Shown in pieces: positions 1-10,473 of a stretch of 64,000 bases of DNA; the first letter of the stretch is position 1; every line of letters starts with the position of its first letter. The notes beneath the pieces were generated by a model. The model was not told where the DNA came from, made no database searches, and saw only the letters and a list, made by a program, of their open reading frames with translations. Both the position numbers and the translations under genes were made by a program. The stretch is from Desulfomonilia bacterium (GTDB lineage: Bacteria; Desulfobacterota; Desulfomonilia; UBA1062), in NCBI GenBank assembly GCA_963664325.2, contig CAXXDQ010000007.1, forward strand, positions 928,001 through 992,000, given 5' to 3'.

Positions 1-1455
1 CCTCAGCGACACCGACAGCTCGTCGAGCTGGAAGTGCGGCTTCAGGAAGGCCACCGCCCTGTATGCGCCGGGTTTGCCGGGTATCTCCGCCACGTCTATC
101 CTGGCTTCCCTTAAGGGCATCTTGGCCTTGGCATCCTGACCGGCATTGTCGTCCAGGAGCACATAGCTGCTAATCCAGCGGTTCAGGAAGTCCTCGGCGT
201 CCTTTCGTGTCATGAAGCTTCCGATCTTATCCCGCATAATGGATTTCAGGTAGTGAGCAAACCTGGAAACGGCCATAATGTACTGGAGCTGCGAGGAAAG
301 CTTGGCATTGGCGTTCGCCGCATCCGTGTCATAGGCCTTGGCCTTGTTCGCCGTCTGGGTGCTGAAAAATGCCGCATAGTCCGTTCCCTTGCAGTGCACC
401 AGCGGGACAAACCCGAGATCCGCAAGCTCCTTTTCACGCCTGTCAGTTATTGCAACCTCGGTCGGGCACTTGAGCGCCACGTCGCCGTCATCGGTCTTGA
501 AGGTGTGCACGGGCAGCCCCTGTACAAGCCCGCCTCCCTCGACGCCCCTTATGGCCGCCGTCCAGTGGTATTTGGCAAAGGCGTCGGTCAGACGGGAGCC
601 GAGCGCATAAGCCGCGTTGCCCCAGAGGTATTTGCCGTGGTCCGTACCGGTTACATCCTCTTCGAAGTCAAAAGATTCCACCGGCACATTGTCTTTTCCG
701 TACGGCAGCCTCATAAGCACATGGGGCAGCGCCAGGGCGACATACCTGGAATCCTCCGATTCCCTCAACGATTTCCACTTTGCATATTCGACACTCTGGA
801 AGGTCTTGGCCAGGTCCCTCGGAATCCCGATATCGGTAAAGGAGTCAAGGTTGAACATGCTGGGGGATGCAGCCGAGATAAACGGCGCATGCGCCGCTGC
901 CGCGACCTGCGACACCTTTTCCAGGAGCGCCATGTCCTGAGGGTGGTTGCTGAACTCATAATCCCCTATCAAAGCGCCGTATGAGGCGCCGCCGAACATG
1001 CCGAACTCCTCTTCGTATATTTTTTTGAAGAGTGTTGACTGGTCGAATTCGCTCGCCTTTTCCATATCTTTCAGGAGGTCGTTCTTGGAAACGTTCATCA
1101 CGCGGAGCTTCAGGCTTTCCCCCGTTTCGCTCTTGTTGACAAGATAGAAGAGCCCTCTCCACGACCCTTCAAGCTTCTGGAAGTCCTGATGATGCATTAC
1201 TTCGTTGAGCTGATCCGATATCAGCTTGTCTATCTGTGCGATGCGGGCGTTTATCATGGCCTCGGTATCCTTTGATACCGTGATCACGCCTTCCATTATC
1301 TGGCTTACAAACTCTGAAAGGATATCCTTCGCCCTCGCCTTCTGCACATCGTCGCGTGCCATTCTTCCTTCATCGATAATCTTATCGAGAAGGCTCAATT
1401 CCTCTTTCTCGACTACTTTTGCCTCTTTCTGGGTCAATTCCTGATTCTCAGGCAT
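1..1455 (-). CDS. tssC: T6SS contractile sheath large subunit TssC (3' end runs off window)
   Basis: Read by eye on minus strand from ATG at 1455 (MPENQEL...): MHHQDFQKLEGSWRGL, IYEEEFGMFGG, AAAAHAP, ending FLKPHFQLDELSVSLR at the window edge; missing from the ORF track because its stop is outside; directly follows tssB. Confidence 0.95.
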   Translation of the reverse strand, partial: MPENQELTQKEAKVVEKEELSLLDKIIDEGRMARDDVQKARAKDILSEFVSQIMEGVITVSKDTEAMINARIAQIDKLISDQLNEVMHHQDFQKLEGSWRGLFYLVNKSETGESLKLRVMNVSKNDLLKDMEKASEFDQSTLFKKIYEEEFGMFGGASYGALIGDYEFSNHPQDMALLEKVSQVAAAAHAPFISAASPSMFNLDSFTDIGIPRDLAKTFQSVEYAKWKSLRESEDSRYVALALPHVLMRLPYGKDNVPVESFDFEEDVTGTDHGKYLWGNAAYALGSRLTDAFAKYHWTAAIRGVEGGGLVQGLPVHTFKTDDGDVALKCPTEVAITDRREKELADLGFVPLVHCKGTDYAAFFSTQTANKAKAYDTDAANANAKLSSQLQYIMAVSRFAHYLKSIMRDKIGSFMTRKDAEDFLNRWISSYVLLDDNAGQDAKAKMPLREARIDVAEIPGKPGAYRAVAFLKPHFQLDELSVSLR

Positions 1456-1477
1456 ACTCGCCACCCCCTCCCTATTC

Positions 1478-1987
1478 TCACTTCTTCTTTGTGCCTGCAT
1501 CGGCAGACAGCTTCTGCAGGGCATCGGTCGACGAAATAACATCCTGGAGAAGTTCATTGAGGTTGTCATTTCCATCCAGTTTGTTTAACAGCTCGGAGAG
1601 CTTCTTCCTCGTTTCAACAAGCTTTTTGAGCGGGTCGATCTGCTCTGTCACGCGTTCCGGGGAAAAATCGTCAAGGGACTTGAATTTAAGCTCGACCGCT
1701 ATCTTAGAATCATCGCCCGTAAGCTTGTTGTCCACCTTGTATGCAAGCCTCGGCTTCATGCCTTCGAGCACCTTGTTGAAATTGTCACGGTCAATCTCGG
1801 TGAATTTCCTGTCCTTCAACTTGGGCAGCGGTTCCTCCGGCTTGCCGGAAAAATCCCCCAGCACCCCGACAACGAACGGAATCTCCTTCATCTCTATGGA
1901 GTCGCCAATCTCGACATCATAGGTAATCTGGACCCTTGGAGCCCTCACTCTGTCGAGTGTATGTTGCAGACTCTCCTTCTTCGGCAT
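1478..1987 (-). CDS. tssB: T6SS contractile sheath small subunit TssB
   Basis: RVRAPRVQITYDVE, EIPFVVGVLGDFSG, IDRDNFNKV, FKSLDDFSPE motifs; 169 aa. Confidence 0.96.
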   Translation of the reverse strand: MPKKESLQHTLDRVRAPRVQITYDVEIGDSIEMKEIPFVVGVLGDFSGKPEEPLPKLKDRKFTEIDRDNFNKVLEGMKPRLAYKVDNKLTGDDSKIAVELKFKSLDDFSPERVTEQIDPLKKLVETRKKLSELLNKLDGNDNLNELLQDVISSTDALQKLSADAGTKKK

Positions 1988-1990
1988 GGT

Positions 1991-3373
1991 TTAACCTCCT
2001 GAGTTTATTTGTTCCTTATAGGCAATAGCCTTTGTTATATCCCTCGTGCAGAGCTTAGGAAACATTTCGCTCCTGGCCCTTGCAAAATCTTCCTCCCTGG
2101 CGCCCTCCGAGGTGAGGCACTGGTAGTATGCATCGATCACCTCGGCTATCCAGATCGGGGATTCCCACTTTTCAAGGCCCAGCTCTTCGATCAGGGCATA
2201 AAGCTGTTCGATCACGGGTTTCGCCAGGTCGGGCCTTTCGGCCTTAAGGCTGAGCTTGGCCATGAGGAGCTTGTAGCGGTTTTTCTGCCTGACCGACGGC
2301 GCCGATGACGAGGCGTCGAGGAGTTTCTGCAGGGCATCCTTGATCCCGCCCGAATCAAGCGTATCAAGTGCATCCTGCCATACGGCATCTTCAACGCCCG
2401 AACTCTCGCCTATGCTTGCCGGTTGAATAATCACTGAAACACCTCCGGCAGGCTGAACAGGAGAGGTTTCCGCAGGAGGCTGTTTGGCCTTTTTAGCCGG
2501 CCTTTTTTCCTGGGCCCCCGCGGGTTCCGCCATATCCTGTTTAGCCTCTTTATTCTGGGCGGGCTCAAGGCCGCCCTTTTCCTTCAGTATCCGTTCGGCA
2601 AGCTGCAGGTTGTCGTCTATGGCCTTTCCTAGTTCCGAAAGCCTCGGGGCATCCCTGCCGAACTTTTCCTCGGTAACAGCATCAAACCTTTCAAACTCTG
2701 TTTTACACCTTGATATCTCTTCAGCCAGTGAAATATAAAACTGTTTTGAAGACCTTGAGGCTGCTGCATCGAACTGCTCTCCGGTGATCTTGCCTTCTGA
2801 AATTTTTTCATCACGGGCTTTTTTCTTGTTCTCGTCGATATCGCCGTACTGGTTCTTGAGGTCTTTATCAAAGCCTGTCTGCCTCGACTCCTGCCATCGG
2901 GAATAGGAATAGCCTTCCGTTGACGCCGGGTCCGTCAAAGGGATATCGTTTATCGAAGGAGAGACCTTGTCGTTTAAAAACGTCAGGGGACCCGCCCTGA
3001 ATTCAAGGTCTCCGTCATCGATTGCAGGATATACCGTATCCCAGAAATCAGACAGGAAAACAGCCAGTATATTGAGCCCGTCGGCAAGCCCCGTAAAGCC
3101 AGCCTTCTTTATCAGGGCCTCGGTAAGCCAGACAGCGATCTGGATGTCTTTCGTCTTGTTGGCCAGTGTGTCGATTCCGGTCTTGATGACCTTTTCCCAG
3201 TCCGAGGTCTTCAGGTCGCGCTGCCATTCACCCTGGTCAAGGGTATCGTCCGCACGCCTTGCCTCCTTGATCTCCTCGTAAACGCCGGAATACCTCATGT
3301 CTTCCCCGCTCGGGCTCCCGCCCGCCATCGGGGCTAAAATTTTATCGATATCCTGCCTGCTTATTTTTTTCAT
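1991..3373 (-). CDS. tssA: T6SS TssA (ImpA N-terminal domain, Pro/Ala linker, VasJ-like C-terminal domain)
   Basis: GEDMRYSGVYEEIKEARR, DWEKV, TKDIQIAVWLTEA, FWDTVYP; C-terminal RYKLLMAKL...LEKWESP. Confidence 0.92.
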   Translation of the reverse strand: MKKISRQDIDKILAPMAGGSPSGEDMRYSGVYEEIKEARRADDTLDQGEWQRDLKTSDWEKVIKTGIDTLANKTKDIQIAVWLTEALIKKAGFTGLADGLNILAVFLSDFWDTVYPAIDDGDLEFRAGPLTFLNDKVSPSINDIPLTDPASTEGYSYSRWQESRQTGFDKDLKNQYGDIDENKKKARDEKISEGKITGEQFDAAASRSSKQFYISLAEEISRCKTEFERFDAVTEEKFGRDAPRLSELGKAIDDNLQLAERILKEKGGLEPAQNKEAKQDMAEPAGAQEKRPAKKAKQPPAETSPVQPAGGVSVIIQPASIGESSGVEDAVWQDALDTLDSGGIKDALQKLLDASSSAPSVRQKNRYKLLMAKLSLKAERPDLAKPVIEQLYALIEELGLEKWESPIWIAEVIDAYYQCLTSEGAREEDFARARSEMFPKLCTRDITKAIAYKEQINSGG

Positions 3374-3383
3374 GTTTTCCAGT

Positions 3384-4187
3384 TCAATCCTTTTGGGGGA
3401 AATTAAAGGTGATCTCCTTTATTTCAAGAAGCGGAACATCATTTTCTCCGATCTGAAGGACATGCTGTCCCATGCCCTTGGCAAATTTTCCACCAAGGTC
3501 TTCCCAGTCGGTCATCCGTCCCAGCCTTATCTCGGCGCTCTCGCTCAGTTCGGAGTCCGGATACAATACGGGAAGATTGCAGTTCGCAGTCAGCCCTTCC
3601 CAGGTGGTAATACTCGCGGGTATCCAGATGAGATCGAGAAGGCTTTTAGGTTCCGTTATAATTATCTCTCTTAAAGCCTCGAAGGGAATCCAGACATACC
3701 TGTCATGAACGAAAGCCTCCAGGAAGAATGCCAGCATCGAATCGGTATCCCAGATGCCCGAGAAGTTCTTTCTGTTAAACACCCCGCTTATTTTAGGCCT
3801 CGTTCCGGCCGCTTCATCGAAGAGAGCTGCTGACTTCTTCAGCTCGCCCTTGATCAGGTTCGCACATGCATCCCAGTAGGTTTCGAAATATGGCGGCGCA
3901 TCTGTCAGGAATGAAGGGAGCTTGCTGAACAGGCATACCTTGCGCCGGTCCTCCTGCGCCCTCAATATATCTTTATAGGCAGAAACTGCAATCGCCCTCG
4001 CGGTATCCAGAGAGCTTATCATGTCAAGGTGCTTGAATGCCCTGTCCCATTCGCCGCATAACGCAAGCACCTGGAACAGGAGTGTCCGTCTGGCGGTATC
4101 GGCAGGCTTTGCTTTGATTTCTTCGGTGAGAATTCCGCGGGCCTCCTCAAGCCTGCCGGCCTTTATAAGTTCAGCCGGGCCCATCAT
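3384..4187 (-). CDS. tagJ: T6SS accessory protein TagJ (ImpE/SciE family)
   Basis: RTLLFQVLALCGEWDRA, YVWIPF, LLDLIWIP, PVLYP, IRLGRMTDW, GMGQH. Confidence 0.9.
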   Translation of the reverse strand: MMGPAELIKAGRLEEARGILTEEIKAKPADTARRTLLFQVLALCGEWDRAFKHLDMISSLDTARAIAVSAYKDILRAQEDRRKVCLFSKLPSFLTDAPPYFETYWDACANLIKGELKKSAALFDEAAGTRPKISGVFNRKNFSGIWDTDSMLAFFLEAFVHDRYVWIPFEALREIIITEPKSLLDLIWIPASITTWEGLTANCNLPVLYPDSELSESAEIRLGRMTDWEDLGGKFAKGMGQHVLQIGENDVPLLEIKEITFNFPQKD

Positions 4188-4274
4188 ATAAGGATTCCCT
4201 CCCTGAAGTCATTAAGACCACAACAGCCTTCAAAATACAATACAAACATCACAGTCGAATACCATTTTCCCGCC

Positions 4275-4961
4275 TTATTCATAAGTAAGCAGCCTTAAAA
4301 CGTTATCCGTATCAAGAGGCCTTCTGAATATAAAGAGGCAAGATTTCTCGCCGGTCCCGCCTATGAAAACAGCTTCAGGGGAGGAGGGATCAGACTTCTT
4401 CAGCCCTGCCATATAGCCTGAAACCTGTTTATTTATCCCGTCTTCATCGCCAGGGGCAAGCGGTATGAAACCGCTGCCGGAAATTTCAGTGCTGTAAACC
4501 GGCATGTCCGCAAAACCGGTTTTATCAACATCCGAAGGGGACCCGAGCCTTGACAGCCCTGCTTTGAATTCGCCGAGCGTTGCCAGTCTCCTTGAACTGA
4601 TGTACTCGGCCTCGGAGCATACAGCTGCCATAGCCTCAGGAACGGCTTCCCAACGGGTTTCCCATCCCGCAAGCATTCCATATCCGGCCACGACAAGGGG
4701 GTATTCCCTTCCGAGAGCATCCCGGCTGTCCTTTAAAATTCCGCATGAGATTAAATCTTTTTTTCCGCCTTTTAAAAAGTACCTGTAGGATACATATTTT
4801 CTCACTGCTGATCCGGTCTTCATAAACCCCTTATCTACAAGTCCTGAAAGTATTCTCAGGCAGGGACTCTGAAAACCTATGGATATGTAATCTCTGGCAA
4901 CCGGGTGCTTGCCTGCTGCACCCCATTGCCAGGAATCAGGTTTGCTCAGGGAGCCCAGCAT
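4275..4961 (-). CDS. tagF: T6SS post-translational repressor TagF family protein
   Basis: GKHPVARDYI and SRDALGREYPL motifs; overlaps the 3' end of tssM as is usual for tagF. Confidence 0.8.
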   Translation of the reverse strand: MLGSLSKPDSWQWGAAGKHPVARDYISIGFQSPCLRILSGLVDKGFMKTGSAVRKYVSYRYFLKGGKKDLISCGILKDSRDALGREYPLVVAGYGMLAGWETRWEAVPEAMAAVCSEAEYISSRRLATLGEFKAGLSRLGSPSDVDKTGFADMPVYSTEISGSGFIPLAPGDEDGINKQVSGYMAGLKKSDPSSPEAVFIGGTGEKSCLFIFRRPLDTDNVLRLLTYE

Positions 4962-7900
4962 GTCGAGATTCTTGCGGGCAGCGCTCCCGGGGCCGCCGCC
5001 TGAGCTTGCGTCTGGGCCTCCTTGGCCTTGGCCTTGAGCACCGTCTCGTGTCCGCTGAACCTGTAATGCACCTTGATGAACCTTATGCCCATTGCCCTGA
5101 GCGCGGCTCTCTTGTTCGGAAATTCAGAGGCGCTGAAGGTACGGCTTCCTCCTGGAAAGTCCTTGAGGAAAGCCACGAATGCATCGGGACCCGAGTAATT
5201 TCTGGTAAGTGTGATGCTCCCCACGTCAATGGAAAATGAAACGCCAGTGCACCTCTGGGAAGACCAGGTGAAGGCCTTCCTGACCGGGTAGTTCATGTTG
5301 ACCAGGCTCTGCAGCTGATCGCACTGTAGCTCCAGCCGGGTCGCATTGGGCTGGGTTGTCGCTCCTTCATTCGTCTCCGTCGGAAGCCCCTCAACAAGCA
5401 CGGTCGAATCGGGCGTAGGGCCGGCCGGTGCAGCCATAACGGCCTGGCCGACGCGCGCCCTCGAGAAAAAGCCCTTGAATGCCTCTTCGAAGGGTATCGT
5501 CCTTCCGATGACCTGCTTGGCGGAATAACCTCCGCCTACACTTCTTGAAACAAACGGCGCCGCCGATCCCTTTATGAACTTGGTCCCGTATCCTTCGGGC
5601 GAAAACATGAGCTGGTTAAGCTGCATGGGATCGCTTATCCCCTGAACCTCGACAAGGACTTCCTTCTCCCATATTTCCTGAAGCCTGCAGGACGTCTCCT
5701 GGCATGCATATGCCCAGAGGAAGTTTATGGGACCGCTCACCAGCGACCAGAAGGGTTCCGCAGGCGGCGTCTGGCTTGACGACATGAGCGTTTTAAAGGC
5801 GTTCACGGCGGGAAGCACCGGAGACTTCGACGGGTCGTCGTTAAAGGTCTGGCTGGCGGCCTGAAATGCGGCCTGCCTGGACGTCGTAACTATCTGGGCG
5901 GCCTTTGCCAGGGATTTCATATATTCGTTCAGGGCCCTGGCCTCATTAAACCTCGAAGGCTGATCCGGCTTCTCCGTCGCACTTCTAACATCGGTTTTGG
6001 TCTGCAGCTTTTCTTTCAATTTTTCAACGGTCTCGGCCGCCTTGGAAACGGCCCCGGTATCCAGTGCGGCAGCCACAGCCCCGAGTGAATCAATTTCCAT
6101 GACCAGGTTCATCCACGAGGGATCATTCCCTGTGCTGTACGGTTTCAGCTCCTGGGCCATCTTTTTAATGAGGGCCAGGTAAGGGCCGGCGCCTCCCATC
6201 TTCTGGGCTGCGAGCCTCCATTCTTCCTGGCCTTTCAGCCTTTCAGCACCTCTTGGAAAGACGAGCCCGAAATTATGCCAGGCATCCAGATATGAATTTT
6301 TATACCAGGTCACATACTCCTGTTTCCTCGAGGTGATGAGGCCCGGATCGGAAACTGCGGTCTCCATGTCGGCAAGGAACAGCTCCAGCTGTTTTTTGCC
6401 TTCAGCGGTAAACGCGGGTTCTACCCTGACATCTTCAAGTACGGGATTGCCGCCTCCCCAGAAAGATTTCAGCGTAACCGCATAATTAGGATACATCTCG
6501 TTTACCCAGCCTGTAACCCAGTGCAGGTCCTGCCTGTTTTTCAGTATGATCTCGAGCAGGGACTTAAGGTTCCTCATCTCGCTTTCAAGCACGGCATTGT
6601 CTTCTTCCCATACGAGCCGCCAGAAATACAGTCCCATCAGTTTTTTGGCAGCCTCGGGATTATCAGTTCCCGGGGCCGCAAGATTGTAGGTTTGTGCATC
6701 ATCAGGACCCAGGTCATTATTGAGCCTGTTCCTGACCATTATCATCCGGCTTACTATGTGTATGGCATACATGCCTATGGCCGTTTCGGTTCCTGATACA
6801 GATATATTTGTCACCGAGGCTGAAAGCTGCCTGTCATAGGGCTTCAAGAGCGTGATATCATACGCACGGCAATACTGCTTCTTTAAAAGCTTTTCGACAT
6901 CCCTGCTCTCGGTAAGCCCGAAGGAGGGCATCCACCAGGACCTGTTCTTCTTTTCTATGGCAAGTATCGAGTTCCTGAACTTCTCCATGTATGCGGAATC
7001 AGCGGTAATCTCGCCTTTAACGGCAGGCCTGCCCAGGAATTCTGCAGGGACGCCCCTGATAATCCCCAGGTTGCGAACGAATGAAAAGCTCAAAAGACCG
7101 CATATGGCTATGCCTATGGCCAGCCACGCCATAAGCCCGAGGTTCTTTGTAAGCCTGTTCCATGCCACGGCCTGTTTTGTGGGGGCAAAAAGCCCGCGCT
7201 CCGAAGGCAGTATCGAGGCAAAAAAATCATGCAGGAAAAGGCCTTTGCTTGTATTGGGCAGCATATCCCTTTCATCGATAAGCCCGAGGCTCTTCAGGAA
7301 ATGCGAATAAGGGCTGCCCTGCTGCTGTCCACTCGAAAAGTACAGCCCCCGGAACATGGGTGTTTCCTGATAGGGATTGACCTGGAACACCCCTTTCAGG
7401 AACGGGCCAAGCCCCGAGCGCATCTTTCCGAATTCCTCGGGGAACAGGAGGAGGGCCGGGTCAAGCGACTGGGGTTTGTGGAATATGACGAGCCTCAGGG
7501 CTGCAAGCCTTTCCGAGAGGGTGTTCATGGCGCTGTTTATAAATGCGTTGAAATCCTGAGAAGTATCGCTGTTGACCGCACCGAATGCCTGCTGGAGATT
7601 CTCTTCGGGGAGCTGGTTTGAAAACTGCGTCATGCCCTGGATCAGGTCGCACTTGGTCACGAGGACATAAACCGGGGACTTGCTCCCGAGCACCCTCATG
7701 AGCTCGCTGATTCGCTTGCGTATCTCCTTGCCTTCCTCTTCGAGCTTTTCAGGCGCGCTCTCCACCAGGCTGTCCGCGGATACGGTTACTACAAGTCCGC
7801 TGAGAGGCTCCTTCTTTCTGTATCTGGAAAGGAGGTTTAAAAATTTCTGCCACTCGTCCCTGTCACGGCCCTCGTCGACCGGGATTGCATACCTGCCCGC

Positions 7901-8410
7901 CGTGTCAATGATTATGGCCTGCTCGAAGAACCACCAGTCGCAGTTTTTCGTTCCCGAGAAGCCGGAAACCCTGTTCATCTCGGCAAAGGGAGAGGAAAGC
8001 CTTGCACTTTTTATGGCCGTGGTTTTGCCCGAGCCGCTTTCACCCAGAACCATGTACCATGGCAGGATATAAAGGGGGTTGCCTAGCTTTTTCAGGTGTG
8101 ATCCTTTGAGGGCATTCACCGCCTCCCTGAACCGGTCCTGGAGCTCGGTGAAATTCTTTCTGTCATCTTCCCTGAGCGTTTTTATATAGGCCTCATCCTG
8201 CTCGATAATACGGCTTACAAACTCCTGCTCCTTTTTTTTCTTCAGGAACTGCCTGATAATGAATGCGGCTATGCCTATGCCGGCAAACCCGAACAGCAGG
8301 AAAAACCCGACCCACCAGGGCCAGCCCAGGACAAGTACGATTCCGAAGGATATGAGGCAGACAAGAACAGCGGCCAGTATTATTATGAGATATTTTATAA
8401 GGCCTTTCAT
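4946..8410 (-). CDS. tssM: T6SS membrane complex protein TssM (IcmF)
   Basis: N-terminal TM helices, LYILPWYMVLGESGSGKTT (Walker A), CDWWF, IDTAGRY, PVYVLVTKCDL, FRGLYFSS; 1154 aa. Confidence 0.95.
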   Translation of the reverse strand: MKGLIKYLIIILAAVLVCLISFGIVLVLGWPWWVGFFLLFGFAGIGIAAFIIRQFLKKKKEQEFVSRIIEQDEAYIKTLREDDRKNFTELQDRFREAVNALKGSHLKKLGNPLYILPWYMVLGESGSGKTTAIKSARLSSPFAEMNRVSGFSGTKNCDWWFFEQAIIIDTAGRYAIPVDEGRDRDEWQKFLNLLSRYRKKEPLSGLVVTVSADSLVESAPEKLEEEGKEIRKRISELMRVLGSKSPVYVLVTKCDLIQGMTQFSNQLPEENLQQAFGAVNSDTSQDFNAFINSAMNTLSERLAALRLVIFHKPQSLDPALLLFPEEFGKMRSGLGPFLKGVFQVNPYQETPMFRGLYFSSGQQQGSPYSHFLKSLGLIDERDMLPNTSKGLFLHDFFASILPSERGLFAPTKQAVAWNRLTKNLGLMAWLAIGIAICGLLSFSFVRNLGIIRGVPAEFLGRPAVKGEITADSAYMEKFRNSILAIEKKNRSWWMPSFGLTESRDVEKLLKKQYCRAYDITLLKPYDRQLSASVTNISVSGTETAIGMYAIHIVSRMIMVRNRLNNDLGPDDAQTYNLAAPGTDNPEAAKKLMGLYFWRLVWEEDNAVLESEMRNLKSLLEIILKNRQDLHWVTGWVNEMYPNYAVTLKSFWGGGNPVLEDVRVEPAFTAEGKKQLELFLADMETAVSDPGLITSRKQEYVTWYKNSYLDAWHNFGLVFPRGAERLKGQEEWRLAAQKMGGAGPYLALIKKMAQELKPYSTGNDPSWMNLVMEIDSLGAVAAALDTGAVSKAAETVEKLKEKLQTKTDVRSATEKPDQPSRFNEARALNEYMKSLAKAAQIVTTSRQAAFQAASQTFNDDPSKSPVLPAVNAFKTLMSSSQTPPAEPFWSLVSGPINFLWAYACQETSCRLQEIWEKEVLVEVQGISDPMQLNQLMFSPEGYGTKFIKGSAAPFVSRSVGGGYSAKQVIGRTIPFEEAFKGFFSRARVGQAVMAAPAGPTPDSTVLVEGLPTETNEGATTQPNATRLELQCDQLQSLVNMNYPVRKAFTWSSQRCTGVSFSIDVGSITLTRNYSGPDAFVAFLKDFPGGSRTFSASEFPNKRAALRAMGIRFIKVHYRFSGHETVLKAKAKEAQTQAQAAAPGALPARISTCWAP

Positions 8411-8411
8411 T

Positions 8412-9077
8412 TCACGGCACCAGTGTGGCGGCTATGTTGCCCAGAACGAAATAGTAGATGCCGTAAAGCAGTCCGAAGAGAGCCACCGGGACTGCAACAA
8501 GTATGATGTTGAAGAGGCCTGTGCCCATAGTGCCGCCGGCCTTTACAGGGACATTACCAAGAGGCGGATATGCCTCGGGAAAAAGCTGCGTTTTTTTGAG
8601 TGTAGGGATTCCGGCCGAACTTCCCATGAGGACCTTGAGGTTTGATGTCTTCAGCTGATCAAGCAGGAACTTATCCCCTTCCTTGCAGTACCTGCCCATG
8701 AACCCCATCGCAAGGCACAGGTAATAGACCTCCCTTGCATCGTTGTCCTGCGGCCCGAGCGCATTGAGCTTTTCAAAGAAATTTTCACCCGCGGCCAGTG
8801 TCTGGTAATATTTAAGCTGAAGCGGCTCCTTCTGCCAGGCCGGCTTATCATTCCACCCTGAGCTCAGGACTGCCTCGTCAATCCAGGCGCACACGGCGTA
8901 GCGTGCAATGTCCGCTTCTTCTCCGCCGAAGGCTTCGACGGCTTCGATGTAGGCGGCGGAAAGCATGCCTTCGACCCTGGACCTGACCTGTTCGAACGGC
9001 TGCTGCTTCTTCGCCGCAGACTTCAGGAAATAAGCGACAAAGGCAACAAGCTCCATGTAGCAGTCGGACAGTCTCAT
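8412..9077 (-). CDS. tssL: T6SS TssL (DotU), C-terminal TM, no peptidoglycan-binding extension
   Basis: ARYAVCAWIDE, WQKEPLQ, AGENFFEKL, EVYYLCLAMGFMGRY. Confidence 0.93.
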   Translation of the reverse strand: MRLSDCYMELVAFVAYFLKSAAKKQQPFEQVRSRVEGMLSAAYIEAVEAFGGEEADIARYAVCAWIDEAVLSSGWNDKPAWQKEPLQLKYYQTLAAGENFFEKLNALGPQDNDAREVYYLCLAMGFMGRYCKEGDKFLLDQLKTSNLKVLMGSSAGIPTLKKTQLFPEAYPPLGNVPVKAGGTMGTGLFNIILVAVPVALFGLLYGIYYFVLGNIAATLVP

Positions 9078-9079
9078 CT

Positions 9080-10459
9080 CTAGCCTCTCCCCGTAACCAT
9101 GAGTTCGACCTTGAGGTCCGCCGGTGCGGAATCCCAGAACAGCGCAATGTTCTTCCCCTTAAAGACATTGCCCCATTGATCGGTGTTGTGATCAAGCTGA
9201 TAATACACGGCCCCGGCCCTTCTCGGGAGTTCCTGCGGCGGCCTGTCGAGCCTTGTCAGCGTAACGCCGGGCAGGGCCCTTACAATGAGAATAGGGAGAG
9301 ATTCCCTTGAAGAAACCTTGGCACCGGCCTGCATGGAATTAATCATGGCCTTTGAATCTGCGGAGGACTCTATCACCAGGAAGAACCTGTTCTTCCCCTC
9401 GAATATCGAGGCCGGAAGATCGGCGGAATAGTATGTCCCGTCATAAACAAGTGAATAAACATATTCAGGTCCCGCCGTTATCTCGTCAAGCAGTGAAGTT
9501 ATAACGCTCTGCGCCTTGGAAAAACATGTTCCAAGGTTGCCGTGCCGATATTTGGGGAAGACATCTTCCGCGATGTCGCCAGCCCAGTTGTATTTTTCCG
9601 AAAAGCTGGAAAGTTCGCCGATAAGCTGCCTCATCAGTCCGAATGCAGCCAGCGGGTGAACCTGCGCGGAATCCGTCATCTGATACAGAAGCGGCAGATA
9701 ACGGTTAAGGGTCATGAGCGCCAGCAGGTAAACCATATCGCGCGAGCCGAAGTCCGATGTCTGGATGCCGCGGTCTCTCTTGAAACCCTCAAGCTGGAAG
9801 GCTTTTGCGGCAATCTGGTCACGGATTTCCCTGACAACCTTTTCAAGCTGGCTTGATGACGACAGCGTGAGGCTGGGGGGGATAAACGTCTCGGAAAGCA
9901 CGACCTCTTCGCCCCTTCTCTCAAGCTGGGCCACAGGTATTATTTCATAGTCGCCTAGCCTGTCCTTCTCGGTCTCCCAGAACACCCTTATCGCATATTT
10001 TATGGACCTCACTTCGGAAGGAGGGCCATCAAGGTGCAGATCAGGGATTTCCTCGGGTTCGAGGAATGATACATACCTCGTATTTATACCGGTAACAGTA
10101 TCCTTTGCGGATATGTTGGTTACATTTTTGCCCGATTCTTCAAGCCTTTTTATCCCGACATACACGCTCAGCGGTTTGCCTCCCTCAATCAGGCCTGCAT
10201 CGAATTTCCTGGTCTCGCAGACCGCGTTTTCGGGAAACTTGGCATAGCTCATATCCGGAAAAACAAAGGCGGATTTTGCTATCTGGAAACTGCCCGTCCC
10301 AAGAGAAGCCTCCAGTATCTCGAGCCTGCCCACACCCCACATCTCGCTTCCCATGTAACGGAAAACAGGCTCGATCTGAGACTGCGAAAAAAGCTGCAGG
10401 AGCTGCAAATGCTGGGGCTGCAGGAAAAGCCCCTGATGCCACAATAGCGGTTTTTCCAT
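9080..10459 (-). CDS. tssK: T6SS baseplate subunit TssK
   Basis: LLWHQGLFLQPQHLQ N-terminus, FIPPSL, VHP, ALPGV; located between tssJ and tssL. Confidence 0.94.
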   Translation of the reverse strand: MEKPLLWHQGLFLQPQHLQLLQLFSQSQIEPVFRYMGSEMWGVGRLEILEASLGTGSFQIAKSAFVFPDMSYAKFPENAVCETRKFDAGLIEGGKPLSVYVGIKRLEESGKNVTNISAKDTVTGINTRYVSFLEPEEIPDLHLDGPPSEVRSIKYAIRVFWETEKDRLGDYEIIPVAQLERRGEEVVLSETFIPPSLTLSSSSQLEKVVREIRDQIAAKAFQLEGFKRDRGIQTSDFGSRDMVYLLALMTLNRYLPLLYQMTDSAQVHPLAAFGLMRQLIGELSSFSEKYNWAGDIAEDVFPKYRHGNLGTCFSKAQSVITSLLDEITAGPEYVYSLVYDGTYYSADLPASIFEGKNRFFLVIESSADSKAMINSMQAGAKVSSRESLPILIVRALPGVTLTRLDRPPQELPRRAGAVYYQLDHNTDQWGNVFKGKNIALFWDSAPADLKVELMVTGRG

Positions 10460-10473
10460 AATTGTCTTCCCTC

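Noticed and set aside
253-984. 243-aa plus-strand ORF, and the apparent absence of tssC from the ORF track
   Set aside because: Antisense shadow of tssC; tssC reads in one open frame from 1455 to the window edge, so it is not a pseudogene
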